From Octopus vulgaris (taxonomy: Eukaryota), in contig OX597826.1 of assembly GCA_951406725.2 (NCBI GenBank), positions 38,812,001 to 38,876,000 of the forward strand: DNA of 64,000 bases, read 5' to 3'. Each line of letters opens with the position of its first letter. Within the stretch, counting starts at the first letter, position 1. The position numbers and the translations under genes were made by a program. The notes below the pieces were generated by a model. It was not told the DNA's origin. It saw nothing but the letters and a program-made list of their open reading frames with translations, and did no database searches. This document shows positions 38,508-52,127 of this stretch, piece after piece.

Positions 38508-40059
38508 TGTACAGTGAAAAAGAGAGAAATAGACAAACAATATTATAGTACTATTTATTACTGGAAATATATCTGATGGTTGTGTGACATACATATACAG
38601 TAGTCTAAATACTTTGAGTACTTGTTGGGCAATATATATCCTAGCAGCCTGGGAGTGACAAACATCATTCTAGAAATGCCATAAGTAAGATTCCTCTGCA
38701 TTTTGGCTTTCTCATCTTATTTTTTGTTTTGTAATATGGGTGGGGTTGACATATAATTTGGTGAAAGAACTTTTGTTGTTCATTGTTGACCTTTAATAAA
38801 TTTGTCCACCGACATATTTATCCCTCCTCTAATTTACCTTCCAAACTTACAAGTCATCCACTATGTGGTTACTGAGCTTACTAGAAATAATGATAACCTC
38901 TCCCTCAAGTTACACATTAAAGAGAACACATTGGATGATGTGGCCTGGATTCAATGCATATAACTAAACAACAAGAAGGTCATAGCTAGAATGTCTTTCA
39001 TTAGGTTTGACATGGGCCCAAGCAACATCAACATCAAAAAAGGGCCTGTACATGGATGCTTGACTTGTTAGAAATAGTTGTCAAATCTCATTCAAATTAT
39101 TACTTTTACATCTGACTTCAATTCACTTGTAGTGATCCAGTTTCTTTGTGAAGGACCCATGGAAATCCTACATCCAAATAAAACAACAGGATAGTCACCT
39201 TTGATATGCCTTTGATTATAGGTTTGCTATGGTCAATCACTGTTTTCTATGAAGTCACAATTAAGTCTGTGGCTAAACAACCCTAACACATCAGCAGCCA
39301 ACATCTTTACACTTGATATTAATTCGCCATCTGCCACACAACATATACAGTCGTTGTCAGAATATATAATAGCTTAAGATTAGATATGTATGTAGGGGAA
39401 CATGGCTGTATGTGTGTGGACAGAAGTGTGTATGCAAGTGGATCTCTTGGAGCATATGTGACAGGTGGTGTGTGTGTGTGTGTGTATATGTATATGTCTC
39501 TGTTTTTATGTCTATATGTCCCTAAGTGTGTCGGCCTATGAAAAATGTGTGTGTATGTGTGTGAAGATATCTGTGTGATATCAGAACGTGAATTTGTGAG
39601 TATATATGTAGCTATGTTTGTGTATGTGTGGTTGTGTGTATTTTGTGTAAAAGTGTGGTTGCATGAGTACCAGTGTTCGGGTGCATGTATGGAGTGTATG
39701 TGGCATAGATATGTATGTGTGGTAGCAGATGCATATGCTAGGCTATATATTTTAGTGTGTATATGTCAAGTTTTATGCCAGTGTAACACTATATGTTAAT
39801 GGTTGTGTATATAATGTTATATGTTTATGTGTATATAAGGTTGTATGTGTATGTGAGGGTATATTGTATGTATGTAAGGGTGTTTATCTATTTACATGTG
39901 TGTATGTAAGGTTGTATGTCTATGTGTACGAGCATTTATAAATAAGGTCATTTGTCTGTTTTTGCGTGTGTGTATGATGTATAAGCCTGTGTAAGTTATG
40001 TATTCAAGACGTTGACAGACATTCTTTTGTCAGCAACACCACAAAGATCTTATTGTAGT

Positions 40060-40975
40060 GGAGAGATGGTAGTGGTGGTGGTAGGAGTAATGGTGGTGGT
40101 GATCATAAATGGGGTTTAATGGTTGTGATGGTGGTGGTTGAATGGTAGTGGTTATGGCTGGGATGGTGACTGATGGTGATTGATGGTAGTGGTGATCATA
40201 GTGATGGTTATTGATGGTGGTGGTGGTAATGATGGAGACTGAAGGCAGTGATTGTGGTAGTAGTGGTAATGACAATTGATGGTACTGCTGATTGTAGGGA
40301 TAGTGATTGATGGTGGTGGTGATGGTGATTGATGACTGTGGTGGTGGTAATGGTGATTGATAGCTGTGATAGTGGTGATTAATGGCTATAGTGGCAGTGA
40401 TTGTGATTGATGGTTGCAGTGGTGGTAGTGATTGATGGCTGTGGTGATAGTGATGGTAATTGATGGCTATGGTGGTGGTGATGGTAATTGATGGCTGTAG
40501 TGATGGTGATTGGTGGCTGTAGTGATGGTGATTGATGGCTGTGGTGGTGATGGTGATTGATGGCTGTAATGGTGGTGGTGATTGATGGCTGTGGTGATAG
40601 TGATGGTGATTGATACTATGTTGGTGGTGATGATGATTGATGGTTGTGGTGATGGTGATAGTGATTGATGGCTGTGGTGGTAGTGATTGTGATTGATGGC
40701 TGTGGTGGTAGTGATTGTGATTGATGGCTGTGGTGATGATGGTGATTGATGGCTGTGGTGATACTAATGGTGATTGATGGCTGTGGTGGTAGAAATTGAT
40801 GGTTGTGGTAGTAGTGATGGTGATTGATGGCAGTGGTGATACTGATAGTGATTGATGGCTGTGGTAATGGTAATTGATACCTGTAGTGGTAGTAATGGTG
40901 ATTGATGCTGTGCTGGTGGTGATGGGGATTGATGGCTGTAGTAATAGTGATGATGACTGATGTCTCTGATGATGA
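40060..40975. repeat. Degenerate minisatellite of about 21-33 bp units around GTGATTGATGGCTGTGGTG
   Basis: The motif GATTGATGG recurs dozens of times in a TGA/TGG background. Confidence 0.9.
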
Positions 40976-41247
40976 TTCGATAGAAGGATGATCAAAAACT
41001 ACTTTTACAATAAATATATTGGTACAATTTTCCATATCCTTATATTTGTCTTTACCCTTCTAGCTGTCATCAGTCCATCCTCTTATTAACTATTCTAGCT
41101 GTCTATTTAGTCATCACTTCTCCTTTTCTCTTTCCTTTCTTTATGCAGTCAGTCTATTCATGCAGTTACTTGTCTCTTTCCCTTTAGCTATTAGTCTAAA
41201 AAAATATATATATAAACATCAAAATAAATATCAAATGGAAATAGTAG

Positions 41248-41594
41248 TTGTGATAACTGTGCCGGTGGCACGTAAAAAGCACCATCTGAATGTGGCCGAT
41301 GCCAGCGCCGCCTTGACTGGCTTCTGTGCCAGTGGCACGTAAAAAGCACCAACCGATCGTGGCTACTGCCAGCCTCGCCTGGCACCTGTGCCAGTGGCAC
41401 ATAAAAAGCACCCACTACACTCACGGAGTGGTTGGTGTTAGGAAGGTCATCCAGCTGTAGAAACACTTCCAGATCAGACTGGAGCTTGGTGCAGCTGCCT
41501 GGCTTCCCAGACCCCGGTCGAACCGTTCAACCCGTGCTAGCATGGAAAACTGACGTTAAATGATGATGATGATGATGATGATGATAATGATGAT
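41248..41594 (+). mobile_element. SINE/LINE 3' part with internal tandem repeats and (TGA)n tail (second copy 43975-44182)
   Basis: Three GTGCC.GTGGCAC.TAAAAAGCACC units, ending AACCC.TGCTAGCATGGAAAAC.GACGTTAAATGATGATG. Confidence 0.8.
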
Positions 41595-43720
41595 ATAAGC
41601 AAGAGGATTTCAAAATTTTCCTCCAGTCAAGAAGCCTTCAACACAGTAGCACCATACTATAATGAGGCCCTAGCTGCCAGCAGGTATAGGGACCACGTCT
41701 CCTACATGCCAGAACTCAACAGCTGCAGAAGGAAGTGCCGCAGAAATAGGATTTGGCTTGTGCCCCCACGCTCCCTTAACACAATAATACCCGTAGGTAA
41801 ACTTTTCCTTAAATTAATAGATAAGAATTTCACTAGCTCCCAGAGGTACGAACCCATATTCAGCAGGCACAACATTAGGTTCTTGTTTAGCTGCACCCCC
41901 AACATTAAGAGCATCCTAGTTAGCACCCCTAGGATACAAGAAGAAGCAGGTTGTTCATGCAGGATCTGAAGCAGTTGCTTGGTAGAAGGCCGCTGCAAAA
42001 CCAAAGGGGTTGTATATCAAGCCAAGGTTCTAACTAGACATGTGTTTAACACCAGCAGAAGCAATAACAGCAGTAGACCTGAGAACAGAGCCAGTAACAC
42101 AGCCACCATCGCCATCACCATCACCATGGATGGCAGCATTGCCAACAACAACAGCAGCAGCATCATTGCCATCACCTGCCTCACAAATAGCTTCCTTGAC
42201 ATCCACGATGCCAGACCTATTAGCCACTATAGTATATTTCTTTATTGCCCACAAGGGGCTAAACATAGAGGGGACAAACAAAGACAGACAAAGGGATTAA
42301 GTCAATTACATAGACCCCAGTGCATAACTGGTACTTTATTTGTCGACCCCGAAATGATGAAAGGCAAAGTCGACTTTGGCGGAATTTGAACTCAGAGCAT
42401 AAGTAGCAGAAGTAATAGGTCCAGTCCCATCAACAGAGCCAGGACAGTAGCACAGCCACCATCACCACTACTGTCACGATGGATGGCAGCATCGCTAACA
42501 ACAACGGCAACAGCATCGCAAACAGCAGCGATATCACCACCACCACCACCACCACCACCAGCATTACTAATAGCTTTTCTGACATCCACAATGCCAGGCC
42601 TATTGGCCACTATAGTTGTAGTAGCAGAGGTAATGGATCTGGTTCCATTTCTGGCTATAGTAGCAACAGCAGCAGAACCAGCAGTGGCAATAGAACAACT
42701 GTTGCTACCACCACATCCTCCACCATCGCCAGCACCAGCAACAACACCAGCAGCCCTGACTCCAACAACAGCAAGACTGGCGGCAGCACCAGCAGCAGCA
42801 GCAATAACAACAGCAACACCAGCACCAGCAGCAACAATGACTGCACCACAGGCAACATGAGCAGGATCAAGAATATGACCAGCACCAACACCATCCCTAG
42901 CAATGACAACACCAGCACCAACAGCAGCAGCAGCCCCAACTCCAGCAGTGAGCTGCAGCACCAGCGGCAATGGTTGCAGCAACAGCAGCAACAACAACGC
43001 CCATAGAAGTACGTGGGCTGCACTGGGAACTCTCTCAAACAGCGTATTTCCAATCATCTTTCCTCCTTCAGAATCCCAGAAAGGAAATATGTTACATCGT
43101 TGGCCAGCCATATCAATTATGAGATGAAGAGATTCCATACTTGATCGCATGGAAAATACTTGAGAATACAGGCCCCTACATCAACGGAACGAAATGGTGC
43201 AAGTTATGCATTGCCAAATGCATGAGGATCCTTAAAGACTCGCTCCTGCCAGGGTGAATCCTGAATTCCAAGACGGAGATTTTGGGATTATGCTTGTATT
43301 TTAGAAAATTCCTTTTGGCTTTTTGGAATCCACAGGGTGGCACCACAGCCAGAAACCAATAGCCAAGGCTGAAGGGAGGCAATCATTTACCTTTGTAGTG
43401 CTTTGGTAACTGTAAGATGGCAGCATGGCCAACGATCGATGGACAGTGGCAAAGTGAGATAATTACTTAGTATTTTACCCTTAAAAACGAGGCTTTTCCC
43501 CTCCATATTTTAAAGTGGTCTCAGGCCAGTAGTGTTTGGGATCTGAAGATACACCATTAGGCTAAACGCCTTCTGATCAAGAAACCCAGGGTAACCCCCT
43601 AGACGAGCCTACCTCACTATAATATATAGTTGTTGAGTGTCCCACCCATGAGGGATCGATGCTATATGTGTCAAAACAATTGTCATAATTAATAATAAAT
43701 CCTTGTATATTCCATCTTCT
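41595..43720 (+). mobile_element. Penelope-like element: RT C-terminus, linker, GIY-YIG endonuclease with a large low-complexity insert, and 3' region
   Basis: Motifs ISKRISKFSS..FNTVAPYYNEAL, RNRIWLVPP, SCTPNIKSI, CSCR..C.VEGRC..KGVVYQA, then about 1 kb later KYVGCTGNSLKQRISNHLSSF, TSLASHI, CKLC and LNSKTEI. Confidence 0.9.
42233..42400 (-). mobile_element. SINE family A fragment inside the PLE
   Basis: Closely matches 55-220 (CCCACAAGGGGCTAAACA...AAGGCAAAGTCGAC). Confidence 0.9.
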
Positions 43721-44282
43721 GTCTTTCATTTGCCATATATATATATATATATATGTACGCACATATAGACACATTGAAGACAGTTCGTGTCTAAATTAAT
43801 TTACAATTCTACATCATAGAATGCAAAGAAGATCAATGTAAAACTTTAAACAGTTAAATGAAAGGATATTAAAGTGAAGACCCTAAAGAAACTGCACCAG
43901 TAATAGAGTAAGGTTGCAATTTCAGTAGTTAATAGTTAATGCAGTAGAAACATGTGTAGGTTATTTGAAGCTGTATATCAGCCTCCCCTGGCACCTGTGC
44001 CGGTGGCACATAAAAAGCACCCACTACACTCATGGAGTGGTTGGTGTTAGGAAGGGTTTCCAGCTGTAGAAACACTGCCAGATCAGACCGGAGCCTGGTG
44101 CAGCCTCCTGGCTTCTCAGACCCCGGTCGAACCGTCCAACCCATGCTAGCATGGAAAACGGACGTTAAATGATGTTGATGATATATATATATATATATTT
44201 AAGCTGTATATATATATATTAATATAAAGGATTTAAAGGTAATGTTAATGCAATGTTACTTCATAATAATCCTTATTATTAC

Positions 44283-44313
<31 letters not shown>

Positions 44314-44857
44314 GGGTGAGATAGCAGTGCTTGCCATCAAAGTGACACTGGAGTAAAATATACAAAACCCAGTATACCCATCTTGACTACCCATCTGATA
44401 AGGGTACACTAGGCACATGCATCACAACCGTATGTGTGTACAATATGGTGATCTCATATCAAGATAAACAGTGCATGACCTTGCAGGTGGGACCCAGTTA
44501 GAATTTTCTTCTGATCAAGTAGCCCATCCCACTCAAAAGGTCTCTGAATAAGGGTTGTTTAAGAATGTTAAACGAAACACCCATGTTTCCTTTGACTTTC
44601 AATGTTATCTGGTATCAACTTTTCATCTGTACACTCTCCATTTATTTCTTTGCAGAGTCTCTTCTGATCTACTATGAATAACCTATTCTGGTGGTAACCC
44701 TTCATTCTTTGGTTGTATCTTACCATCTTTGCTTCTTCCTTTGCAACGAGGTGCTGTTTCAGTTCCTCCACTATAGCCCGAGGCTATAGTAGAAGACACT
44801 TGCTGAAGATGCCACACAGTGGGACTGAACCCAGAGGCTTCTTACCACACAGCCATG

Positions 44858-44860
<3 letters not shown>
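44314..44860 (-). mobile_element. Tripartite composite: SINE-B head (44860-44771), R4 family 2 ORF piece (44770-44591), 3' half of the 16622 element (44590-44314)
   Basis: Each part matches another copy in the window (4680-4780; 19410-19580; 16903-17167). Confidence 0.8.
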
Positions 44861-44938
<78 letters not shown>

Positions 44939-45689
44939 GTGTGTATGTGTGCGTGTGTGTGTAATTTCTCTTCTTCCTTTCTTGTCATATGTTACTTATA
45001 AAGTTAGCTTCTCTACACATTTATTGTTCTTTATTTCTTATAGAGTGATAGGCAAAACAAAATACATTTTGTCAGTGGACTAACAATTATAGATTAATAT
45101 CTACATCTACATTTAGACATATACATACATCCATGCATATACACATACACACATATACATATATGTATGTACACACACACACACACATACATGTATCCAT
45201 AAGCATAATATGGAGAGCATGATGCAAAAGACAGGTTAAGATTTCACTTGAGATAGTTTGATAGATTAACTCAGTGATATTGATGTCATCACCACCATCA
45301 ATTGATACTGAAGTGGTGGTGGTGGTGGTACAGAATGGAAACCTGTAAACTTATTAGTATCTAGTTATAGTGAGGGGGTCTGAACTAATGAAAGTTTAGT
45401 ATCATTCCCAGTGACACAGTTCAGTGACATTGCTGAAACAGGATCATCTGAAATTTCAGCTGCTAGTCTGTTAACCTATTAATTCCGTCTGTTGCTGCAA
45501 TACTATTTCGCCTTCTCACATGTCAATAAACTAAGTCATGTGTAAAATACACAAATACAAACACATGCATACATACATAACACGTTACACACATTACATA
45601 CACATACAAAGTCGTGTCCCATTTCAAAGAAAGACATCCTCCCTAAGGTCGCCAGCTGTTATTCTCATGCACTTATTTCTAACATCTCG

Positions 45690-45950
45690 AAAGCAATGAA
45701 GACAGACATTAACAATCATATTCTCCAGGATTTTAAATTACTCTCTCTCTCTCTCTCTCCTTCCCTCTCTTGAGTGACCACCGGTATGTCTTCTGCAGAA
45801 CCAGATCTACCCTTCTATGTCCATCCACAGTAGGTTCTAGCTTTAGAGAAAATCAATGACAGCAATGCTGTAAGTCCAGATATCAGCAAAACCTTCAACG
45901 ATAGCTAGAATACAAATCTCATATCAAAACTTAAAACCTATATGTTCTCA
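45690..45950 (+). mobile_element. CR1/Jockey-group RT remnant
   Basis: LLSDHRYVFCRTRST and DISKTFN...LISKLKTY resemble the QYGF..ST and DISKAFD motifs. Confidence 0.5.
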
Positions 45951-46639
45951 AGTGTTTCTTTTGTTCTATTGATTATTTCAGCACTGTATCTTATGACTGA
46001 TAAGACCCTTGACTCTATGATAGAAGTTGGTATTTATACTATTGAGTTTGGATTTCAGCACTTTTACCTTTCAGAAGTATTCTCTCCTGATTTTATCGTT
46101 TATAGTTCTAAGACTTAGAAATATTTATACTTATCAATCTCCTCATTATTCATTAGATTTATTCATGGCTTTTCCCTTCCTTTGTTACAAAGATTTCACA
46201 CTTTGAAATACCAAATTTCATATTGCCTTTGTTAAACATTCTCACTGTACAGATAAGGGTATCTAATTATTGCACAGCTTTTCCAAAGCAATTTAAATCA
46301 TCTATAACTCACTCCTGGTCCCTTCTGGGTTATATCCAGCTTTTACTTTTTTCTATTCCAGAGAAAGTGGGATAAGAGTAATGAAAAACAGTAGGTGTGA
46401 CAGGCTGTCACCTTAGAAAATACTCCAATCAACTATGAGTTTTCAAAGTGGGTGGCTTCTGTTAGTTCCATTTTCCAGTTTTCAAAGTTTACTCATATCA
46501 GCTTTGTGATGTTATTTGGAATTATGAACATTTTGAGTGTCCTCAAGATACAAGAGTGTGGAAGCTATGCCATACACATTTTTGTAATTGATCCCCTCCG
46601 CCTATTTCTAAACCAGTTCAGTTTGTTTTATAAGCATCC

Positions 46640-47800
46640 TGTTGATTAATAATTGGTCTTTTGAATTTCTCTGGCACCCTTTCTGTTCTTTAGGGAGTTG
46701 GTTCTATTCTTCAAAGTGTGCATAGATCTTATCCGCAAGCTTATTTGTTAACATGTGATAAACAAGTCATCGGTCTGTACTTTCAGACCTCAGCACCCTT
46801 AGTCTTTTATAATAAGGGTTGTCATACCCATTAATTAACTAATTTGAGATACTTTCTCTCTGAAGATATTCATTTAATACTTGTCTAGTATTTTAATATT
46901 CTTTAGCCAGAAACCTTGGAGTCTGACTTGGGTGTCTTTTGATTAAGTTATTTAGAAGCTTGTTTTGCAGTGAACTTTGGAGTGATTACTATGCCATATA
47001 ATTAATTTTCTACTTCTTTTATACACGTCCTTTTCTTTTCATTGTTGTTATCTTTCTAGTTCCATATGTCAGTCCAAAACATTCTGCTTCTGCTGTTTGT
47101 TTTCACTTCAGTTTTTCAGTTATGGCATTTCTTATTCTCTTTTCCTTTGCATATTGTATTTTCTCTCAAGGGTTTTATTGACTCTTTCTTTTTGTAGCAC
47201 ACCTCCTTTAGGGAGCTGTAACTGACTAACTTTCCATTTTAAGCTTTTGATGCTATCTTTTCTTCTTTTCCACTAAGCTGTTTGCTGCCTGCTCTTGGTA
47301 TACTTGCTCTTTGCAACTATTCCTGCAACTGCCTTATGTATTGACACATAGGGGTAAGTAGCACATGTTCTATGACCATGTCATTTTCTTTTGTTCTTTG
47401 CACTACTGTCTTTCTGTCGTATCTTTTAAGGTTGGCAGGCTTTTCATTACTATTTCGCCCAAATTGGTCAAATAGCTTGTCTAATAATTTGATCTTCAAT
47501 CTGACTATCCTTCGGCATTCTTAATTTTATTCTTTCTTTACTTAATTCACCCTAACTCTTTGATATGATAGTTTTCACATTGACTCTGTGCTTCCTTCTT
47601 TTATATTAACTTCAACTTCTTTTTTAATTACTGTTTAATTTCCCTTAATTTCAGGTTCAATGGGTATCTAGTTTATAGATCATGTCCAGGTAGTTTTAGT
47701 TGACTTCTCTTGTCTTTCCAGTTGATTATCATTCTGAGCCAGTGTTATATGTTACCTTATTAGACATTTCTGTTCATAATGAGGCAAGACATTTAAGTTG
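46640..47800 (-). mobile_element. Old R4/Dong-like remnant, N-terminal to RT
   Basis: LQGFWLKNI and other decayed peptides paralleling 19240-20050. Confidence 0.5.
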
Positions 47801-48329
47801 ATGTTACCACTGTTGATTTTATTGAGATGCAATCACTATAAAAATTGCCAACCAAAACTAAAAAAGGCCCTTCTTCCTAAGTTAACTCTGCCAATGGCAA
47901 CTTGATACTTTATGACCTTTGGGTATATTTTAAGGTGGCCTCACTTCTGGTATTTTTGTTAAGACATCTTGATGCCAGACAAAACTAAAAAGGCATGCCT
48001 CTTCTTCTAACAGAATCAACATAGCTAGGAGCTAACCTGGTACTTAAATTATTGTTGTTATTGTTACCAATTATAATCGGGCAGTACAAGGTCCCATGGT
48101 TAGTTACAATCATTCATTAGTTCATCTGTTGTTGTTGTCAATGACCAAAGGACATCACATGAGAGAAAAGGATGGGGGACAGTGTATCTGGCTACGGCCA
48201 ATTCAATGTGTGCTCAAAGGTTCTGCTGCAGGTCAGGCACTAGTGGTCTAGTGGGACTGAAACCAAGCAGTTGGTTCTAGATCTGTATAGTTCATATTTT
48301 CTTTGTACCCTTGCAATCCTGTTCTAGAA

Positions 48330-49055
48330 GAGGACTCAATGCACAACATCTTGTTCACAAACAGCTGTGCATTCAGTGCCACCACAGAGGCTCAGATGCA
48401 ACAGAGAATGAACTGCTTTTCCACTGCTGAAACAAATTTGACCACACAATCAATACTCAGAAGACAAAGGTCATGTACCAACCTGCAGAACCAACTATCA
48501 CCATTGAAAGGGAAACTTTGAAGGTTGTTGATAAGTTCATGTACCTCGGCAATACACTCTTCAGATCTGTGAATGTTGATGATGAAGTCAACTCTCACAT
48601 CACCAAGGGAAGCTCAGCATTTGGGAGCTACTTGAATCAGTGTGGGAGAGGAAAGACTTTAGGCTGGCTGTCAAGTTGAAGATGTATGAAGAAGTTGTAC
48701 TGCCTACACTATTGTACACCTGCAAGACTTGATTTACAAACGTCATGCCAAAAAGCTAAACCAATTCCACATGAACTGCCTGAGAAAACTGCTGAAGATC
48801 ACACAGGAAGACAAGGTCCTAGACACAGAGGTCCTCTCTCAAACCGATCTGCCAAGCATTTACACATGACTGAAGAGAATGCAAGTCAAGTGGGTAGGCC
48901 ACTTTATTCAAATGCCTGACACACGACTCCCTGGGGGACTGCTTTTCAGTGAATTGGCAGAAGGCAAGCCCATCCAAGTTGGACAGAAAAAATGCTTCAA
49001 GCCTGACTTTTAAAGCCTCGCTGAAGGGCTTTGAGATCAACCCTGACACCTGAAA
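48330..49055 (+). mobile_element. RTE/BovB-like RT C-terminal remnant
   Basis: LKVVDKFMYLGNTL..VDDEVNSHITKGSSAFG and KLNQFHMNCLRKLLKI..DKVLDTEVL. Confidence 0.85.
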
Positions 49056-49972
49056 AATGGTTAATTATAATAATAGCAATAACAACAACAACAATCATAA
49101 TAACCATCTAGATGGTTGTTGGCTCTCCTGAGTTCAATTATATTTTTGATAGCTTTTTGTTTTTTATCCTGCAGAGGGTCCACTTCAAAAAAAGACACTA
49201 TTCTCAAGCTCGTTGGGATTGCTGATTTAATCGCTGACAGCTGTTCAGATTGTATGATACTGCATGATTACTAGTAGCAAGTCTTTATGCTAGCATTTGT
49301 CATTGCAATGTTGAGACTTCTCCCATACTTACAGATGTGGTGGAGTGAATATATATCCTATTAAGAAAGATGGGAAAGAAGTAGAAAAATGACTAATAAA
49401 AGGTCTTAAAAAGAAAAAGCTAGATTGTTTAATGTGGAGAATAGGGGAAAAGGAAATAGTTACATAAACTAACCATTGTGAGTTAAGTTAAACGATGGAG
49501 TTTTTCCTCCTCTGTGTTTACAAGGTTGCCTGTGGGGAAGGAATGTAGAAAATGAAAGAAGAGTAAAAATGTTTGGAAGAGGAAAAGGAAACTACATTAG
49601 CTTATTTAGTGTGGAAAATAGGAAAAGAAGAGTAAAATGAAATAAACAAATGCTTTTGTCTCATCTTAAACGAAGTTATTATTATTTTTTTTTTTTTACC
49701 TTGTGTTTACTATTAATCTTGTTTAGGAAGAAAGGAGGCAGAGAAAGAGAGGAAAAAAGACTGATAAGATTATATAGGTCAGAGAATAAGGTAAGAGGAG
49801 AACAAATTGAAATAAAGAAACCATTGTGACTTATCTTAAGCAACCTCATGTTTCAAATTAATGTTGTCTAAAGGATGGAAAAAAATGGGAGAAAAGAGAC
49901 CCTTCTAAGACGAAAACTAGAAAAAATTAATTAGTTCAGAGCACAGGGAAATGAAGAAAACTGAAATAAGCA

Positions 49973-50018
<46 letters not shown>

Positions 50019-50855
50019 GCTACTGCCGTTGTTGTTGTTGTACTTGAAAGGAAAGTTTCTGGGGATATTGTTAAATTGTGTGGATTATTTTGTTTGGCTG
50101 TCACTTTTCAATTTCCTCAATATTTTTCCAGTTGATTTCATATTTGGTGTTTTGGTATAATTTTGACATGGAATCTTTGTGGTTTTCATCACTGCTTACA
50201 ATTTTGTTTCAATTGTTTTCAAATTTGGTATATTGATTAAGTTTTGTAAGCTAACTATGAAAATGAAATTCATTTTTCATATAAATCCATAGTTAAAAAG
50301 TTATTAGCCATTAAAATTTGCAAAATTTGGGTGTTTTAGGCAATAGGAAGCAAGTATTTTACACATCACCATGGCGAAAAACTCTGTTTACATAGTAACC
50401 AAAGATGCTGTTCACGTGCACAAGGAGGAGAAAGTGATACTAGATAGATAATCTTCTACTATAATAATACTCTTGTGCATTTTTCCGTCTCACAATACAT
50501 GAATGAAAAAGAAAGGGGTGATAGTTGAATAAGGAAGGAAGGGGTGATAACAAACTGGTAGTGAGAGTGTTTCAACTTTGTGTGTGGGGTGGGGTGCAAT
50601 GGAAGTGGAATGGTGAACATTCAACACTGAAAAGAAAAATCAGTGTTTCAACTCTAAAATACTACAATTAACTCTCATTTTTGACCCCAGGAGTGTCAAC
50701 ATGTAAGTTTTTGATATCAAAACAATGCAACATTGGCACTTGTTCCGTATTACATTTCATTCAAAACATAAAAATAAAAGTGAAGCATTCGACAGAGTAA
50801 GTGATAAATAGTTTCACTTTTATTCTTTCACTTTTAATACTTTCATATACATGTA

Positions 50856-50856
<1 letters not shown>

Positions 50857-50918
<62 letters not shown>

Positions 50919-50922
50919 TTAT

Positions 50923-51001
<79 letters not shown>
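50857..51001. repeat. (TG)n-(TA)n-(GATA)n compound microsatellite
   Basis: Directly visible. Confidence 0.97.
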
Positions 51002-51259
51002 TTCTACCTATATGTCTGTGCACACCTTTTAATGCAATGTATGCCAGAAGGTTTGAAAATCTAATGGAAGCCTCAAAAGACATTTTAAGATCCACAAAGA
51101 TCAGAACTTATCTGCAGCTGTTGGTGGTCCAAACCGGATATGCAATCTACGTGGGTGTCTTTTCAGAACATTGTCTGGTTTAAAAAGCCACATCAGATGC
51201 TATGATATTTCTAAGGTGTAGGTACAGTAGGTACATAAGGAGGAGACAACCACCATATA

Positions 51260-51810
51260 TTGATAGAAATGTATGAAAGAGACCTCGATATTATGTAAAT
51301 AGAGGTTCGGGGGGTGAAGGTGAAACCCAAAAAGTGGAAAGAGTGTAAGAAGTTAATTGAAAGAGAAGGAGCCAGTTTGAAGCTGACCCCACCTGAAGAG
51401 CTAATGAACAGTATTGCAAAAAGAACAGTAGTGTATAGAACGCTGTCGGTGTCATCCAAAAAGATAGAAATTGCTACCATTGAAGCAACAGAGGAATGTT
51501 TGAAAGAATTTTAAAATTCTACAACTTTTTACACGAGAGGTAGAAAGTATGGCACAGTGGAGGCGAGGTTCGCGAATGAAGAAGACGCGATAAATCCACC
51601 GTGGTCATAAGGACACAAGAGTCGGTGCTTCTGCCAACTTACTGTGGCAAACGCGTGGCCAGGGTAAGAGTGGGAAGGATATCCCCAGAAATTAAAGGGG
51701 CATGGCTGATAGCAGCAGTAGTGCATAAGATGGAAGAAGAAACGAAAATACTAAAGGTTACAAGAACCAAACAGATGAACTAATGGGGTTGTGGCCTTGA
51801 AATGGTCATA
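51260..51810 (+). mobile_element. Probable L1/Tx1-type ORF1 remnant
   Basis: Decayed protein-like frame (RTVVYRTLS..RGRKYGTVEARF..PTYCGKRVARVRVGRISP) resembling RRM-type ORF1. The family call is from memory. Confidence 0.45.
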
Positions 51811-51811
51811 C

Positions 51812-52127
51812 AGTTATGGTTAGGATTAGGGGTGGGGGAAGGGCATCTTTTTTTCTTCGCAAATGTAAATAAACCCAATCTGTTTCTTAAACGAGGGACA
51901 TATTCATACAGCACGGAATGTTTTCACCCCAAATGGAGGTCAACGATTGGTTAAAATTGCCGAAATGCTCGAAATTAAAGTCGAAATAGGTTACAACATA
52001 TAGAATTTCTCAATAAAGCCAAGAAAAAATGATGTTTTATAAACACATTCTACCAGTATACGAAGTTTAAAAGTGTTTAGTTAACTAGAAATTGTGTTGA
52101 AAACTGCCGTTCAAAAGGAAAAGATCC
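51812..52127. mobile_element. Right arm of a GGATC-terminated long-TIR element related to 59404-60325
   Basis: ACACATTCTACCAGTATACGAAGTTT..GTTTAGTTAACTAG..TTCAAAA.GAAAAGATCC, shared with 60250-60325. Confidence 0.75.

Noticed and set aside
40030-40995. 321-aa His/Pro/Thr-rich protein
   Set aside because: It coincides exactly with a triplet-based minisatellite and lacks a proper ATG or any domain.
41248-41420. CRISPR-like repeat-spacer pattern (three GTGGCAC.TAAAAAGCACC units)
   Set aside because: Eukaryotic context, no cas genes, and it is an internal tandem repeat of a retroposon tail also seen at 43995.
43640-43690. Hammerhead relic in the PLE 3' region (CCCATGA...AAAACAATTGTC)
   Set aside because: The position and palindromic stem III fit, but both core segments are mutated and stem I is not evident.
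45365-45476. Minus-strand terminal exon candidate (VNRLAAEISDDPVSAMSLNC...TPSL*)
   Set aside because: Only 36 codons, no polypyrimidine tract and no recognisable homology.
51818-51835. Telomere-like GGTTAGGATTAGGG
   Set aside because: Only two imperfect units inside a DNA-transposon arm.
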